Of a DNA stretch of 64,000 nt, positions 26,660 through 39,890 are shown piece after piece. A model generated the notes under the pieces. It worked only from the letters and a program-made list of their open reading frames with translations, was not told the origin of the DNA and made no database searches. Position numbers and translations under genes: made by a program. The stretch's first letter is position 1. Every line of letters starts with the position of its first letter. This DNA comes from the human T2T-CHM13v2.0 reference genome, Homo sapiens. The stretch lies in assembly GCF_009914755.1 (NCBI RefSeq), contig NC_060925.1; one strand, written 5' to 3'.

Positions 26660-27432
26660 AACTATACTTAATCTTTGCTTCCAGTTATTGGCACAGAGCT
26701 TCATAAATCCTGACTTTCCTGAATGATAGGACTGATTTGATTATCTTAATGAGATGATGCCTTGCGGGGCCCTAAGATCACTTCAGAATGGAAAAAAACA
26801 ACCACTTAGTAAGGAAGCTTAAACTTTCAGCACCACCCCTGCCTCAGACCTCTACGGAGGAGAGGATGTATGGAGATCAAGTTCACGGCATGGCCAATGA
26901 TTTATCAATCATGTCTACCCAGTGAAACTTTTGTAAAAACTGTCAACAATGAGGCTTTGGAAGTTTCCTAGCTAGGAACACCAGCTGTCCCTAACTCCAG
27001 GCAGACAAGAGGTACTGTGCCCTGTCCTCTCAGAATTTAACCTATTTGTCTCTTCCATTTGGTTATTGTGAAATATATCTTTGATAATAAGACCGTAAAT
27101 GGAAGTGTGGTGCTTTCAGTGAGTCCTGGGAATTATTCTGATGAATATCAAACCTGAAAGATGGTCATGGGAAGCCCTGAATTTGCAGCTAAGCCAGGCA
27201 GGGGTGTGAGTATCCTGAAGACCCCTCTCCTAGTTGGTATCTCAAGTAAGGGAAGTCTTGCTGGGAACTGTGAGATCACCAACTTGTGGGTTCCGACATT
27301 TTTTCTGAGTACTTAATGTCAGAACTTAAGGACGTTTTCTTTATTTTGTGAGATCCGACACTAACTTTGGGTAATTTGTGTCAGAATTGAATTGAACTGT
27401 AGGGCATTGAGTTAATGTCAGAAAATTGGTTT
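26660..27432 (+). mobile_element. MER21-like LTR
   Basis: 'aactttcagcaccacccc', 'ggccaatgatttatcaatcatgtctac' and 'gtgtcagaattgaattgaactgtagg'. Confidence 0.7.
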
Positions 27433-29064
27433 TGAAACTTAATACTCATATAGCTCTTCTGTATTTTGAGGGTCATACACTAACTTCTTCCAAGATTACA
27501 TTATTCATTGATGGCCTCACCATCTCTACTTGCTAACCACCTTTGTCATAACATCAGTGCTCTGCTATCACCTTTCGATGACTTTTATATATAAGTAGAC
27601 ATTCTTAAGTTTTTAATGTGCTCATTTATATATCTACCACAGCTACCTTGGCTATCTCAGCTATCCACTTTTTGATAACCCTAATAATATTGTCATTAAA
27701 AACTGCACTACAATCCAAACCAGATATTTTCGTGTTCAACGATCTCACCAAAACCACACAAGTGTTTACTTGTACTTGGCTATGTCCCTAACATGTAAGT
27801 ATTGTTCAATCCATGAAAAGCTTCGAACCATTGATAGTCTCACCTTCTCTGAATCAATTTGCTTTCATACTCCTCCTAGTTAATTTCGTTAGAACACTGA
27901 ACCAACATTAAAATCATTTTCTTGTAATTATACTTACCCAATTCAGCTCCAGTTTTATTCTAACATGTTCTCATAACAAATCCCCACATTGGATGAATAA
28001 ATATATAGCTATATTTTTCCACTGTGAAGCTGAATATTGATGGAGAAAAATCATACAACTGGGTATGCCAGTTGTATAGTTGTAAATTCATGATTACAAA
28101 TAATAAATTTATGGTTGCCATTCTTTTTTGAGTGCTAATACTATTCAGTAATATGATTATATATAACTACTTAAGCCCCACTCTTCACTCTCTCAACTGA
28201 CTATTCCCTGTCTTTTACATTATCCTCTAATAGTCCTTGCCAAGCACAACCAAGAAAAAAATAGCTGATGGATTTTCCTCATGATTTGCTGAGTTAATAG
28301 AAACTTTGCTATCCACAAACCTACAAATCTACTTTATATTTCTCTCCACTTCCTCTTCTTTCCGTCACAAAAAAGAAAGTTTTCTCCTTCCAGAAAAGGC
28401 TAAACTCTCCACCTGTATTATGAACCATGTCCTCTTCATCTTCTTTTGGACATTTCTCCTTTGTTTATACCCACACCCTCCTGGGGGTACAGTCACTAAA
28501 TCTTTTTTTAAAATCATCATTGTTATTAACCAACAGTTGATCTTGTAACACCTTTTTTAAAAGTGAATTTTAAAAAGTCCTTAAAACAGCAAGAACAACA
28601 AAAGCAACATTTATCTGAATGTTATAGAGCTGTTTGATACGATCTCAAAATACTCATTACCTCAATGATTCACTTTTCCTTTAATTGACAAACTTATCAA
28701 ACACATTGGCTTTATGTCTCACTTCCAGTTAACTTTCCAAGCTATAGCGTTCCCACCACTGCTCTCAATCCACTCTTTCAGACCTCTAGCTCTGTTAAGA
28801 AAAGGTATACTTTTAGTTTTAATCTTATTAAAATTTTAATAGTATTCAGATCAGTTAAAAAGATTGTTTTGAAACATTTTTTATCTTGGCTTTCATGGCA
28901 TGGCCTTCACCTAATTTTCTTTTGATCTCACTAACAATTTTTTTCAATTTGTTTTTCAGTATCCTTTTGTTCTACTCTAATATAGGTTTCTTTTCCAAAC
29001 TTCATCCTAGGCCATTTTCTCTTTTTAGCAAATATCTCCTTTATGGGTGGGCTCAGTCTTTCTA

Positions 29065-29122
<58 letters not shown>

Positions 29123-29133
29123 GTATATATATA

Positions 29134-29168
<35 letters not shown>
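29065..29168. repeat. (TG)n(TA)n microsatellite
   Basis: Directly visible. Confidence 0.96.
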
Positions 29169-30056
29169 GCTAATGGCACTCAAGTGTATATCACATAGAG
29201 CTTACTTTTGAGAAATGTGTACCTTGCATCTCACCCGAGTACTTTGAAGCATCTACACTTCATATGTACCACACGGAAATTATCATTTTCCTACATTATT
29301 GAAGCTCTACCTGATCCAGTTTTTTCCCATATCGGTGACATATTTTACCTACTTAAGGTCCAAGCTGTAAAACTGAAAATCATTTTGGTAGTTTCCTCTC
29401 TCAACTTTTACACCAAATCCACTGATACTTTCTGTCTTTTCTAGTTCCTAAATCTATAGGAAGTCTGACCATTTCTCAGGATCTCTGCAAAGTGGCTGCA
29501 TTGTCTTTTCTATTGAAATGCTAATCATATTGGGGTTCTTTAATTTTCATGCACTTGTCAAGCACTATGACAACTATGAGGATGCTGTAGGGAGAATTAA
29601 ATCAAATTTATTCACTCAAAAGTTTGACAGCTTGAGGTAAAATCAGTTGAATTTATTTCTCTTATAGGAAGAAATATGTGTGGAAAAATGCAAAATATTA
29701 TTCAAAAATTTATACCACTAATTTATAGCTGGATCAGAGAGAGAATATCTAGAGAATAGGCTGATTTAAGCATTTTTAGAGAATATGATGTTAAAAATTC
29801 CAAACAATGTATGTGAACTATATCGTATAAATCTAGTGCAAAAAATCAGCTTGGGCGTCTCTTTAAGACTATATAGTGTATTTAGAAGATAAGAAGACTA
29901 GGATTTGTTTACAATCCCATTCAAATTTGTTAGAATCATCTATACAGCATTTTTATTATGCTAAGTGCCCACAGTGGTTTTCTTGTATATTGTTAGGAAT
30001 CATAGCTTATTAAGGTATTTTTGCCTTCTTAAAAACAAAACAGAAAAACAAAAAGA

Positions 30057-30183
30057 TCAGCATGTTGGCACACCTGTTGTCCCAGTTGCTTGCAGTGAGG
30101 CTAAGGTAGGAGGACATCTTGAGCCCAGGTGTAGAAGTATAGCCTATGCAACATAGTGAAGTCATGTCTCTGAAAAAAAAAAA
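30057..30183 (+). mobile_element. Free left Alu monomer (FLAM-like)
   Basis: Single diverged Alu arm 'gaggctaaggtaggaggacatcttgagcccagg...caacatagtga' with A tail. Confidence 0.75.
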
Positions 30184-30279
30184 GACAAAAGCAAAACTTC
30201 TCTATTATTAGATTTTAATAGATGTAAGCATATATTTTGACTATTCCTATATCTGACTAAGGGTGCTAAATATAAAGAT

Positions 30280-30760
30280 GTTCAAATTACAGAGGGTCTA
30301 AAATAGCCCCCCAAAAATGAATTCACATTTCTCTGGACTTACCTAGTATTCAGTTGCATCAAGGATCAGAGGATTCTTCCCTCAGCCGCTTTCTCACTCT
30401 ATTCCCTATGGCTGAGATCTTTCCAATTTACTACCATCTGCTCTCATTGATAACTTCCTGATAACAACCTAATAACTCTTGCTGATAACTTCAAGAAGGA
30501 TAGCCGGAGTTAATTTTTCTTTTTTTATTTTGAGACTTTCACTTCTGTTTATTTTGCCTTTGCCATGAAAACCTCAGTAAAGGGTCTGGCCTAGGCGTTC
30601 TCATTCCTGCTTCTGCCCTGGCCAAAACCTGGTGCTTTACTAAGTGGCCTTGCATGATGTGACATGCCCCATCCTCTCAGGAAATGAAAATAAGAAAAAT
30701 CTCTTTTCTATGGCTTTAGTTTCTCCATATTGTCAATTATAAATAAAAATGCCATGGGCA
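30280..30760 (+). mobile_element. Probable ERVL-type solo LTR (MER74/MER54-like)
   Basis: 'aacctcagtaaagg', 'gtggccttgcatgatgtgacatgcccc', AATAAA near the end, terminal CA. Family call uncertain. Confidence 0.4.
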
Positions 30761-31547
30761 CAATTGAGGCACACTCTACTAAATTATCCAATATAAACAC
30801 TTGAGCATTCTCTATTTTTTCTTGATTTCTTAGCTTCCACTTTCTGCATACCCACTACAACTGCCTTAGGTCAGGCCAGAATCATCTTTTGAATGAATTA
30901 TAAGAACCAAATTGTTAACTTTTATACCTTTATCCCTTTCTAATTCTTTCTTCAAACTGAAGGCAGAATGATGGCTTTAAAATTGGAAAGGCCACAGTAT
31001 GTTAAGATACTCACATTTTCTCTCATATCCTAAAAGAAAAAGTCCAAATACCTAAACATAGCCAAGAAGAACATCTATCATCTGGGTATTCTTTTTCTCC
31101 AGCCTCACCATGGGCCAGGCCTCTACGTTGACTCTCATGAGCATGCTAGAAGTCATGAACTGTTCTAGAAGCGTTGAGCTTTCACTTTCATGCCTTTTTT
31201 ACATGCTTAAACTGCCTAGAACAATTTACCTCCACTCACCTCGTCAATTTGTGGATATCTCTGAGACCTCATAATGTTTTGTGAAGGTTTTCTTACTCCT
31301 TATAATGTTGTTAGGTCTTATAATTCCTTAAAAGTTTTGCTATCTTAAAACTTATCTTTTTCTAATTGAAATTGCCTGCTAACTTCTCTGAATTTCCTAC
31401 TAGGCAGTAAATGACTTGTGGTCAGATATTGTGTCTTAGGAGCATTATACACTAGTTGGTACATAAAACATTTATTGACACATACTTGATGTTCCAAAAT
31501 GTTCCAGAGAATTACAAATTTTAATGTTTACTCCTTGAAGTTGATTA

Positions 31548-32807
31548 AAAGATGTCTTCAAAAAGTTAATAAAAATGCATATGCTAAATATTTCATAGAT
31601 TTCAAAAATGTGTTGGACCAAAATAAATACATACTAACTTGTTATAACATGTCTAGACAAGGTTTAGTTGGAGGCACTAGGAAGAATAAGTTCTGCTAAA
31701 ATTAAACTAAGAATAAACATCAAATTTATGGTGAAGCTTGAGTGGATGAAAGGTGAAATCATCAATACTTTATAAAAAGTGTATTGGTACAATCACCCAA
31801 AGAAATAAGCAGATTATAAAAGGGTAACTCATTTTAAGAAAGTATAAACTAATTTTGAAAATGAAGCCTGTAGTGACAGATCATTTGTATAAATTTGTGA
31901 GGAAAAAAATTCATCTCCTTTGTGCCCTAATGGAAGAGTACTGATGATTAACAGTACAAACCATAGCCAACAAGGTAGACCTATCAGTTGATTCAGCTTA
32001 CACAATTCTGGCTGAAAAATTAAAGTTAAGCAAACATTCCACTAGGTAGGTGCCAAAATGGTTGTACCTGCAGACAAGAGCAGATCTGCAGACAAAAGCA
32101 GAGTTTCAATGAAAAATTTTAAACAATGGGCTCAAGATCTTAAAGCATTTATTTAAAAAAAAATTGTAACAAGAGATAAAACATGCTTTACTAGCACAAT
32201 CCAGAAGACAAAGCACAAGCAAAGCAATGGCTACCAGGAGGCAGAAGTAGTCCAGTAAAGCAAAAGCAGACTGGTGACGATCAATGGTCACAGCAAAAAT
32301 TTTCTGAGGAGCTAAAGGCATTTTTCTTGTTGACTTTTTGGTGAGCAAAAGAACAACATCTGATTACTATGAGAGTGTTTTGAGAAAGTTAGCCAAAGCT
32401 TCACCAGAAAAATACCCAGGAAAGCTTCACCAGAGAGTCCTTCCCCACCATGACAGTGCACCTGCATATCCCTTTCATCACACAAGGCCAATTTTGTGAG
32501 ACTTAAAATGGAAAATTATTATTCATTCACCTTACAGTCCTGATTTTGCCCCTTCTGACTTTTTGTTCCCTAATCTTAAAAAAATCTGTAAAGGACACCC
32601 ATTATTTTCAGACAATAAAAATAAAAACTATTTTGGCACAGTTAAATTTCCAGAATTCTCAGTTCTTTAAAGGTGTGCTAAATGGCTGGTATCATACATA
32701 CTTATAAAGGTGTCTTGACTTTTATGGAGCTTATGTTGCAGATAAACTTTATATATTTTATTTTTCTATTTTAATTTCATTTTCTATGAACTCTTAGATG
32801 TCTCCTT
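31548..32807 (+). mobile_element. Near-full-length Hsmar2 mariner DNA transposon (defective transposase)
   Basis: Degenerate TIRs 'gatgtcttcaaaaagttaataaaaatg' / 'cattttctatgaactcttagatgtc' flanked by TA; mariner motifs VPK (~32050), IVTRDKT (IVTGDET), HHDSAPA (HDNA), PYSPDFAPSD (YSPDLAP). Confidence 0.9.
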
Positions 32808-33079
32808 TATTATATCTAAATGACACTTTCACAAAAAGTATTTTTTTCTTTGTTAATAAAAATGCTGTCATCTATTGTAGGACATAACAGTCCATTTTTG
32901 TATGTTTTATTATATGTGAGTGGAATGGGGGTGGTTCAGGAAAGTAATGGTAATAATTTTTTTCTTTTAGTATTTGCTGTTAGCCAGTCTGATCCCAGTA
33001 CAAATTGCATTACTTAAAAATTTCTTATTTTTTCTTCATGAGGGCCATATTACCATTCAACATTGTTAAGAATCTTATA

Positions 33080-33278
33080 TATATAATCATAGATGATTAT
33101 ACATGATATTATATATCATATAATCATATGTGATTATACATGATATTATATATCATATAATCATATGTGATTATACATGATATTATATATCATATAATCA
33201 TATGTGATTATACATGATATTATATATCATATAATCATATGTGATTATACATGATATTATATATCATATAATCATATG
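33080..33278. repeat. 37-bp AT-rich minisatellite, about 5 copies
   Basis: Unit 'gattatacatgatattatatatcatataatcatatgt' starts at 33095, 33132, 33169, 33206 and 33243. Confidence 0.96.
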
Positions 33279-34638
33279 ATTCTTAAAAATACATATATAA
33301 TATGCATCTATATATAACATTATTTAATTAGTAACTCAGTTTTGATTAAACACAACAAATGTTACTTTTGTTTACATATTAATAGTTACCATTTAACTGA
33401 TTGGTAATGCTTCTTTATCCTTGATTTTTACCTATTCTTCTTGTATTCAAATTTTTGAAAGAGAAGTCGTAGCTTGTGTTCAATTAATTCAAAATGCACA
33501 ATTGCATTTTATTTGTAGATAGTTTATTCTCTTAAGCATGGGCTAACTTTCACCAAATAATTCATTTCTCAAACAAAGAATCAATAAATATTTTAGATGG
33601 GATATTTTCAAGTTTAAATTTCAATAAACATGGAGGTTTGTTATCACTTGCAGTAACAGATTGTTTATTATGAGAATCTATATGAAAATTGGTATTTTTC
33701 TAAGCTTCCATGACTTGAAATAAATAAATGCCTGCACTCATTTCAAAAGTATTTTATGTATCTAAAACTTTGAGGCACAGGCACCAGGAATGCCATTTTT
33801 TGCTCTGCAAACGTTTACCATCTTTTTGGAAAACAGATGTGTAAAAGAACAATTTAAAATGCAGCACAGTGTTATATTGAAACAATAAGTACAGTGATTT
33901 CTGGAACACAAGAGAGAAGGTCTGCTTAACTCTGCCAGTGGAGGCTTTTTTGATCTATTAAACAGTATTCATTATCCCTATTTATGAATTTTTTTCAACT
34001 TGTTGCAGAGTCTGAGATAGGAAAATATCATAATCAGTAGTGTGTGTCTCTTTTTTACTAAACAGTCTCCTCAGTTTTTTGTTCTATATTCTAGCTTGAA
34101 AAAACATGTCAGTTGTTTCTAAGGTGAATTGACTACACTGGGATGAGTAAAACCAAATTTTTAAACTCCAATATTATCTTAAATATAAGAGATATCAAAG
34201 ACACAAGGTAAAATATTTTCATTTTATAAGGTATTTGTAAGTAGTCTTTCATTTTTTAAGAATATGACAGCCTGACTAGCAAAAATAAAGTATCTTATTT
34301 ATATTAAAATGCTATGAGTAGTTTTATTTAAAACATGTATTTCCAAAACTAAATTTTACTCCATTGATGGCATTTTCTAAAGTCTTTTTATGTCAGACTA
34401 CTTTAAATAGTAGGAAGTTTTGGAAGCAGTATTTCTTAAAGAGCTCATCATTTTGAATTTTCCAAGATGATAGAATTTGATTTAGTTCTACTTACTATAT
34501 AAACCCATAGGAAGATGGCCATAGAAATCAGTAAAATCCAAATACTTAATGGAAAGAAGATAACTATTTATTCTTATAAGTTAAGACAAGAATGCCCTTA
34601 AAATATTTTCAATAATAACTTAAGTAATTATTTTACTC

Positions 34639-35051
34639 CTGTTATGTGTTGAATTGTATCTCCTTATTATGTTGAAGTCCTAGCTCTCAGTAGCTCAGAG
34701 TGTAACCGTTTTTGGAAATATGGTCCTTACAGAGGTAATTATGGAAAATAATGTTAGTTGGGTGTACCTTAATCCAATGACTGGGTGCCTTATGAACAAG
34801 AGAGATTTTTGACACACACACTTATATACACATGGGGGTTAACCATGTGAATGGACACAGGGAGAATATAGGCATTTACAAACCAAGGAGAGAGGCCTAA
34901 ACATGATTCTTCCCTTAATGTTTGAAGGAACCAACCCTGTGAAAACCTTAATTTTAAATTTCTAGGCTTCAGAACAGTGACACAACAAATTTCTGTGTTT
35001 AAGCTACCCAAATGGAGGTACGTTTTAATAGTAGGTCTAGAAAAATGAATA
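34639..35051 (+). mobile_element. MLT1B/C-like MaLR solo LTR
   Basis: 'tgttatgtgttgaattgtatctcc...gttgaagtcctag', 'aaggaaccaaccctg' and 'aaatttctgtgtttaagc'. Confidence 0.85.
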
Positions 35052-36294
35052 AAACCCTTAAATATGTGTAAGTGGATAAACCCCTTAAAATATGTATCTG
35101 TTTAATAGAAAATAAGGGTTGCCATTGCTTTGGGGGAATGGTAATGCGCAGAAATGACCTTTATGTCCTTCCAGGACTTTTAAACCAAAATATCAGCAGA
35201 AATAAAATTTACTTGGGAAGAATTTGAAGTAACACTATTTTGTTTACTTAGAAAATGTAAATCAAGACCATAATTTTCGAAGTTTAATTTTAAAAGTAAT
35301 TATCATGATTTTTTAAAGAGTGGAATTACATGTCTGCTTTCTCTAGATTATCAAAAAGATCATTTCAGAAGGCATCTGGTGAGACAGGCTTAACTACAGA
35401 TTTCAGCTATTTAGTTTCACAATTTATGGAGAAAACAAGAGTTATTTTAGTAGCAGAAAGCACTGGAAAGCTGCTAACATAACCTTTTTGTAAGCATTAT
35501 GCATCCTGGAATGAATTTTAAAATTTCATTTTTATGAGATATTAGACACAAATAAATGAAACACATATATAATATTTAATGTTATAACCAAATATTTAAT
35601 GTTATAATAAAATAAAATATAAACACAGTTTTGCCTTGTATTGGGAACACTTACACAAATTTTATTTTTATCAAATGGTTTTTCTAACTCAATGCAAAAC
35701 TTTATCTTATTTTTTCTGGTCTGATAAACAGTAAACTTATTTTGCAGTTGCTACTACTTGGAAAATGCCAGTAGAATAAAGACAATAGGAAAAATTTAGT
35801 TGAATATTTAATAGTTTGAGATTATTTGTAGTCAAACATTATACATTTTATGTATGCTGTTATTTTCTTCAAGTCACCTCTTTGGGCTGACTGTGAGAGA
35901 GGGGACTCACCAGTGGTTGACAATTACCTGCTCCCATGTACTTGATCCTTATCTATGGCATGTGATAAATCCATCTGTAATTTTCCCATTAAAGAGAGAA
36001 GCAGTAACTCAGACTAAATTGGGATTATATTCATAGTGTGGGGTTAGGCAAAACTAATACCTTTGTATATCTTTATGAAACATAAGAATCATGCTTAGAA
36101 TTATTTATAATTTAAACACTAATTCAACTATATTAAACTTTTTTATTGTATTACTTATAATCTACTGGACTTTTGCAATTAAACATTCATCTTCTAAATA
36201 TTAAAATTAACTAATTTAGGAACATAGGAGAAATTACATCACAGACAAATATAACATAAACACAAACACAAACAAAAACATACTTCTTTGTGTT

Positions 36295-37047
36295 TAAATA
36301 ATGAGGTCCAAGTGTAATTTTTCACATGCACTGACTGTGTAATGGTGAAGTCAGGGCTTTTATGGTATCCATCACCTGATTAATCTACATTGTACCCATT
36401 AAGTAATTTTGTATTATCTACTCCCTCCTACTTCCCCATTCTTCTGAGTCTCCATGTCTATCATTTCACACTCCACGTCCATGTGTACACAATATTTAGT
36501 TCCAACTTATAGATGAGAACATACAGTATTTGTCTTTTCATGTATGAGTTGTTTCACTTATGATAATAGCCTCCAGTTCCATCCATATTACTAAGAAAGA
36601 CATATTTTAATCTTTGCGATGGCTGAATAGTATTTCATTTTGTATACATACCACATTTTCTCTGTCCACTTATCCACTGATGGACACCTAGGTGGATTCC
36701 ATATCTTTGCTACTGTGAACAGTGCTGTGATAAACATACAACTACGGCAATCTTTTTAATGTAGCAATTTCTTTTCCTTTGGGTAGATATCCAGCAGTGG
36801 AATTACTGGATTGAATGGTTGTTCAATTGTTTTTAGTTACTTGAGGAATCCCTGTATTTAGGTCACAGTCTTTCTCAGAGGCATGGGTTTGAATCCCACT
36901 TCTGACAAAAATGTGTGCTCTTTCCAGTCTGAATAAGTATTATTAAAAAGACAAAAAATGACAGATGTTGATGAGCGTGCAGGGAAAAGCGAACTCTTAT
37001 ATGCTGTTGGTGATAATGTAAATTAGTGCAAACTCTGTAGAAAAACA
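36295..37047 (-). mobile_element. L1PB/L1MA-like 3' end with 5' inversion (minus 36295-36851, plus 36924-37047) and tRNA-derived filler
   Basis: Minus part ends 'ttgaggaatcc' and plus part ends 'gtagaaaaaca'; these are adjacent in L1 consensus (gaaaacagtatggagattcctcaa). Degenerate TSD acttct...tttaa. Confidence 0.85.
36852..36923 (+). pseudogene. 3' half of tRNA-Leu(CAG) plus putative pre-tRNA trailer
   Basis: 'ctgtatttaggtcacagtctttctcagaggcatgggtttgaatcccacttctgaca' aligns ungapped (45/56, all transitions) to recalled human tRNA-Leu-CAG CTGCGTTCAGGTCGCAGTCTCCCCTGGAGGCGTGGGTTCGAATCCCACTTCTGACA; no CCA; followed by 'aaaatgtgtgctcttt'. Confidence 0.85.
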
Positions 37048-37389
37048 CTTCTCATATTTAATATTTAAAATGTTCATATAATGTGTGGCATCAGTTCTTG
37101 TAAAAGCTATTGTTACTAAAATGCTTTAAGCATGATGTGCTTGGGTTATTCTGACTGTTAAATTCGTAGGATTCTACCTTATATTATGTGTAATCAGTCC
37201 TTCAAATATATGTAAACCTGAGATTTAATTTTAATCAATCAAAATAAAGTATTCATGTTTTTAATGTATTTTTTGCTATTAATTTTCTTTTTCTAATTTT
37301 AGGCAGTATGTTGTATCTATATTATATCAAATAGGTATTTCAAATAATTACTTAAAATGACTTTTTGAGTAAGAGAATTCTAAGTGCCA

Positions 37390-39890
37390 GAAATATGTTT
37401 CTTTACCTGGGTAAAAATTGCACTGGAAAAATCTATCTGATGTAATAATGTTTTATATCTGGAGTCTATGGAAAGTTTTAAATATATAGAAGAAAGTTTT
37501 GGCAGTAAATTGCACTGAATTTTCATTAATTTTACCTTAGTACAGAATTGGCTACCCATTCCCTACCCACAGCTTTATTGCAAGCAGCCGTGCCTGTGTT
37601 CCTGGAGAAACTTGCATGCAATTTGTAGAAACCTGAGTGAAAAACAAAATCCTGTTCTCCATATATGAGGATTTGTATTTTCATCACTGAGTTCTGCTTA
37701 TGATCATGGAGCTTGAAACACAGAGGCAGGCAGCCATTATTTCACACATACATACTACCTTCCCCTCATTGCAGGCCCCTTCCTCTGAAGTTAAACAATA
37801 TCCAGAGGAGTTAAAGTGCAGTATTCTACTCCCTTACTTAGTGTTATGCCTTTTCTTATTTGGGGATCCAAGCATTAAAGACTAAGACATTCAAAAGTAA
37901 CTACATTTGAATTCTAAATTAGAAGGTCATTATGCATACACAGGAAAGGTACAGGAAAAGAAAAGACCTGAGAAGAGCTTAAGTTCACACTTTGGCACAG
38001 AGGCAGCCTATACCTATCAAAACTAAACCAAAACCAAACAAACTGAAAAAAAAAAAAAAAAACACATCAGAAAACCCAGGAGAAGGAAGAGAATCTGATT
38101 TCCATAGTTACCACATTATTAGATCGACGTTTTTAGCTTTCAATAATAACAACAATACAAAGAAACAGAAATGTATGGCCCATTCAAAAGAAAAGAAAAA
38201 CAGAAACTATCCCTGAGAAAGACCAGATGGCAGACCTATTAGCCAAAGAGTTTTACAGTAGTTACCTAAAACATAATCAAAGAAATTTTTTAAAAAAGAG
38301 AATATCGTGGGAGAAAATTGTGTACAGACAAAAGGAAATATTAATAAAGAGATAAAAAGCCTTTAAAACTGACAAAAATAGAGCTAAAAATAACAATAAC
38401 TAAAATGTTAAAATTAGCTAGAAGAATTTAAAGGCAGATGTAATTGGGTACTATGCTCAGTACCTGGATAATGGGATCATTTGTACCCCCAAACCTCAAC
38501 ATCACACCATATACACAAGTAACAAACTTGCACATTTACTCACTGATTCTAAAATTAAATTTGGTGGAAAAAAAAGCCAGATATGAGTAGACAGAATAAA
38601 ATATCAGCTAACTTGAAGACAGGACAATTAAAATGATCATATTTGAGGAATAAAAAGAAAAAAATATTGAAGAAAAGCAACAGACATGGAGACTTCATCA
38701 AGTGGACCCATTTAAACATTGTGAGAATTCCAGAACGAAAAAGCAAGAAACAGAGAGAGTATTTGGAGAAATAATGGAAGAAAATTTTTAAAACTTGATC
38801 AAAGTCAGGAATACATACATCCAAGAAGGTCAACACATTATGAGTAGGATAAACTCAAAGATGCTCGCAGCAAGACACATTTTAATCAAACTGTTGAAAG
38901 CCAAAGTCAAAGTAAGAAATGTAAGTTATCACACACCAAGGACTCCTCAAAAAGATTATCAGCAGATTTCTCATTACATTGGTTGGCCAGAAGGCAGTGG
39001 GCTGACATATATAAAGTCCTAAAGGAAAAATAAAACTGTCAACCAGGAATTCTATATGCATAAAAATTATCTTTCAAAAGTCAGAGAAAAAAATGGCACA
39101 TTTCCAGATAACCAGAAGGTGAGGAAGTTTGTTACTACCAGACCTGCTCTGAAAGAAATCCTAAAGGGAGTCCTGCAGGTTGAAATGAAAAGACACTGGA
39201 TAGTAACGCAAATCACATGAATAAATAAAGATCTCAGATAAGATAAATATATGAGGAATTATAAAACCAAGTATTACTGTAACAATAAATTGCATTGCTA
39301 CCTTTTGCTTACATAATTTAAGAGACTCATGAATAAATAACTGTTAATTTATGTTTTTCAACACACAATGCACAAAGATGTAATTTTGTGACATCAACAA
39401 CTGAAAATGTTGGGCAGAGGTGTAAACGAGTGGAACTTTTATATGTTATTGAAGTTGATACTAATTCAAATTAAAATTGTTTATCTTTAGAATATTAAAT
39501 ATAATTTCTATAGTAACAAAATAAAGACTATACAAAAAAGAAAATGAAAAATGAATTAAAATATTTTACTGTAAAACATTAAAAACAAGAGATAGTAATA
39601 CAGGAAATGAGAAATAAAATGCTATAAGGCATATAAAAATAAATAACAAACTGACAAAAGTAATTCTATCCTTATTGATAATTACTTTAAAGTTAAATGG
39701 ATTAAACTCTCCAAGTGAAAGGCAGAGATTGGCATAATGAATTAAAAAAAAAACCTGCTGTAAAGACACAAATGAGCTAAAAGTGAAAGGATGAAAAATG
39801 GTATTCCACGCAGAAGGTAACCAAAATATTGCAGGTGTGGCTGTACAAACAACAAACAAAATAAAATTTAAATTAAAAAGTTACAAAGTA
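37390..39890 (+). mobile_element. Old L1M 5' UTR/ORF1/ORF2-start remnant
   Basis: 'gaatctgatttccatagttaccacatt', 'aactgtcaaccaggaattctata' and 'aatggattaaactctcca' (ORF2 start, NGLNSP). Confidence 0.75.
38443..38575 (+). mobile_element. Short old L1PA/L1PB 3' end nested in L1M
   Basis: 'ttgggtactatgctcagtacctgg...aacaaacttgcacat'; TSD aaaggcagat / aaagccagat. Confidence 0.75.

Larger units (their letters stand above)
27480..31480 (+). mobile_element. Fragmented L2 LINE, interrupted by a microsatellite, FLAM and an LTR
   Basis: Pyrimidine-rich L2-type motifs ('aaggctaaactctccacctg', 'cttggctttcatggc', 'ttgtgaaggttttctt') and a degenerate L2 3' end near 31470. Confidence 0.55.

Noticed and set aside
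33095-33278. Regular 37-bp repeats as a possible CRISPR array
   Set aside because: Head-to-tail units with no unique spacers, eukaryotic context and no cas genes.
36852-36907. Functional tRNA gene, or link to the HERV-L tRNA-Leu primer
   Set aside because: 5' half and A-box missing, B-box mutated (GGTTTGAATCC); it is 12 kb from the provirus and its 3' end (…TCTGACA) does not complement that PBS.
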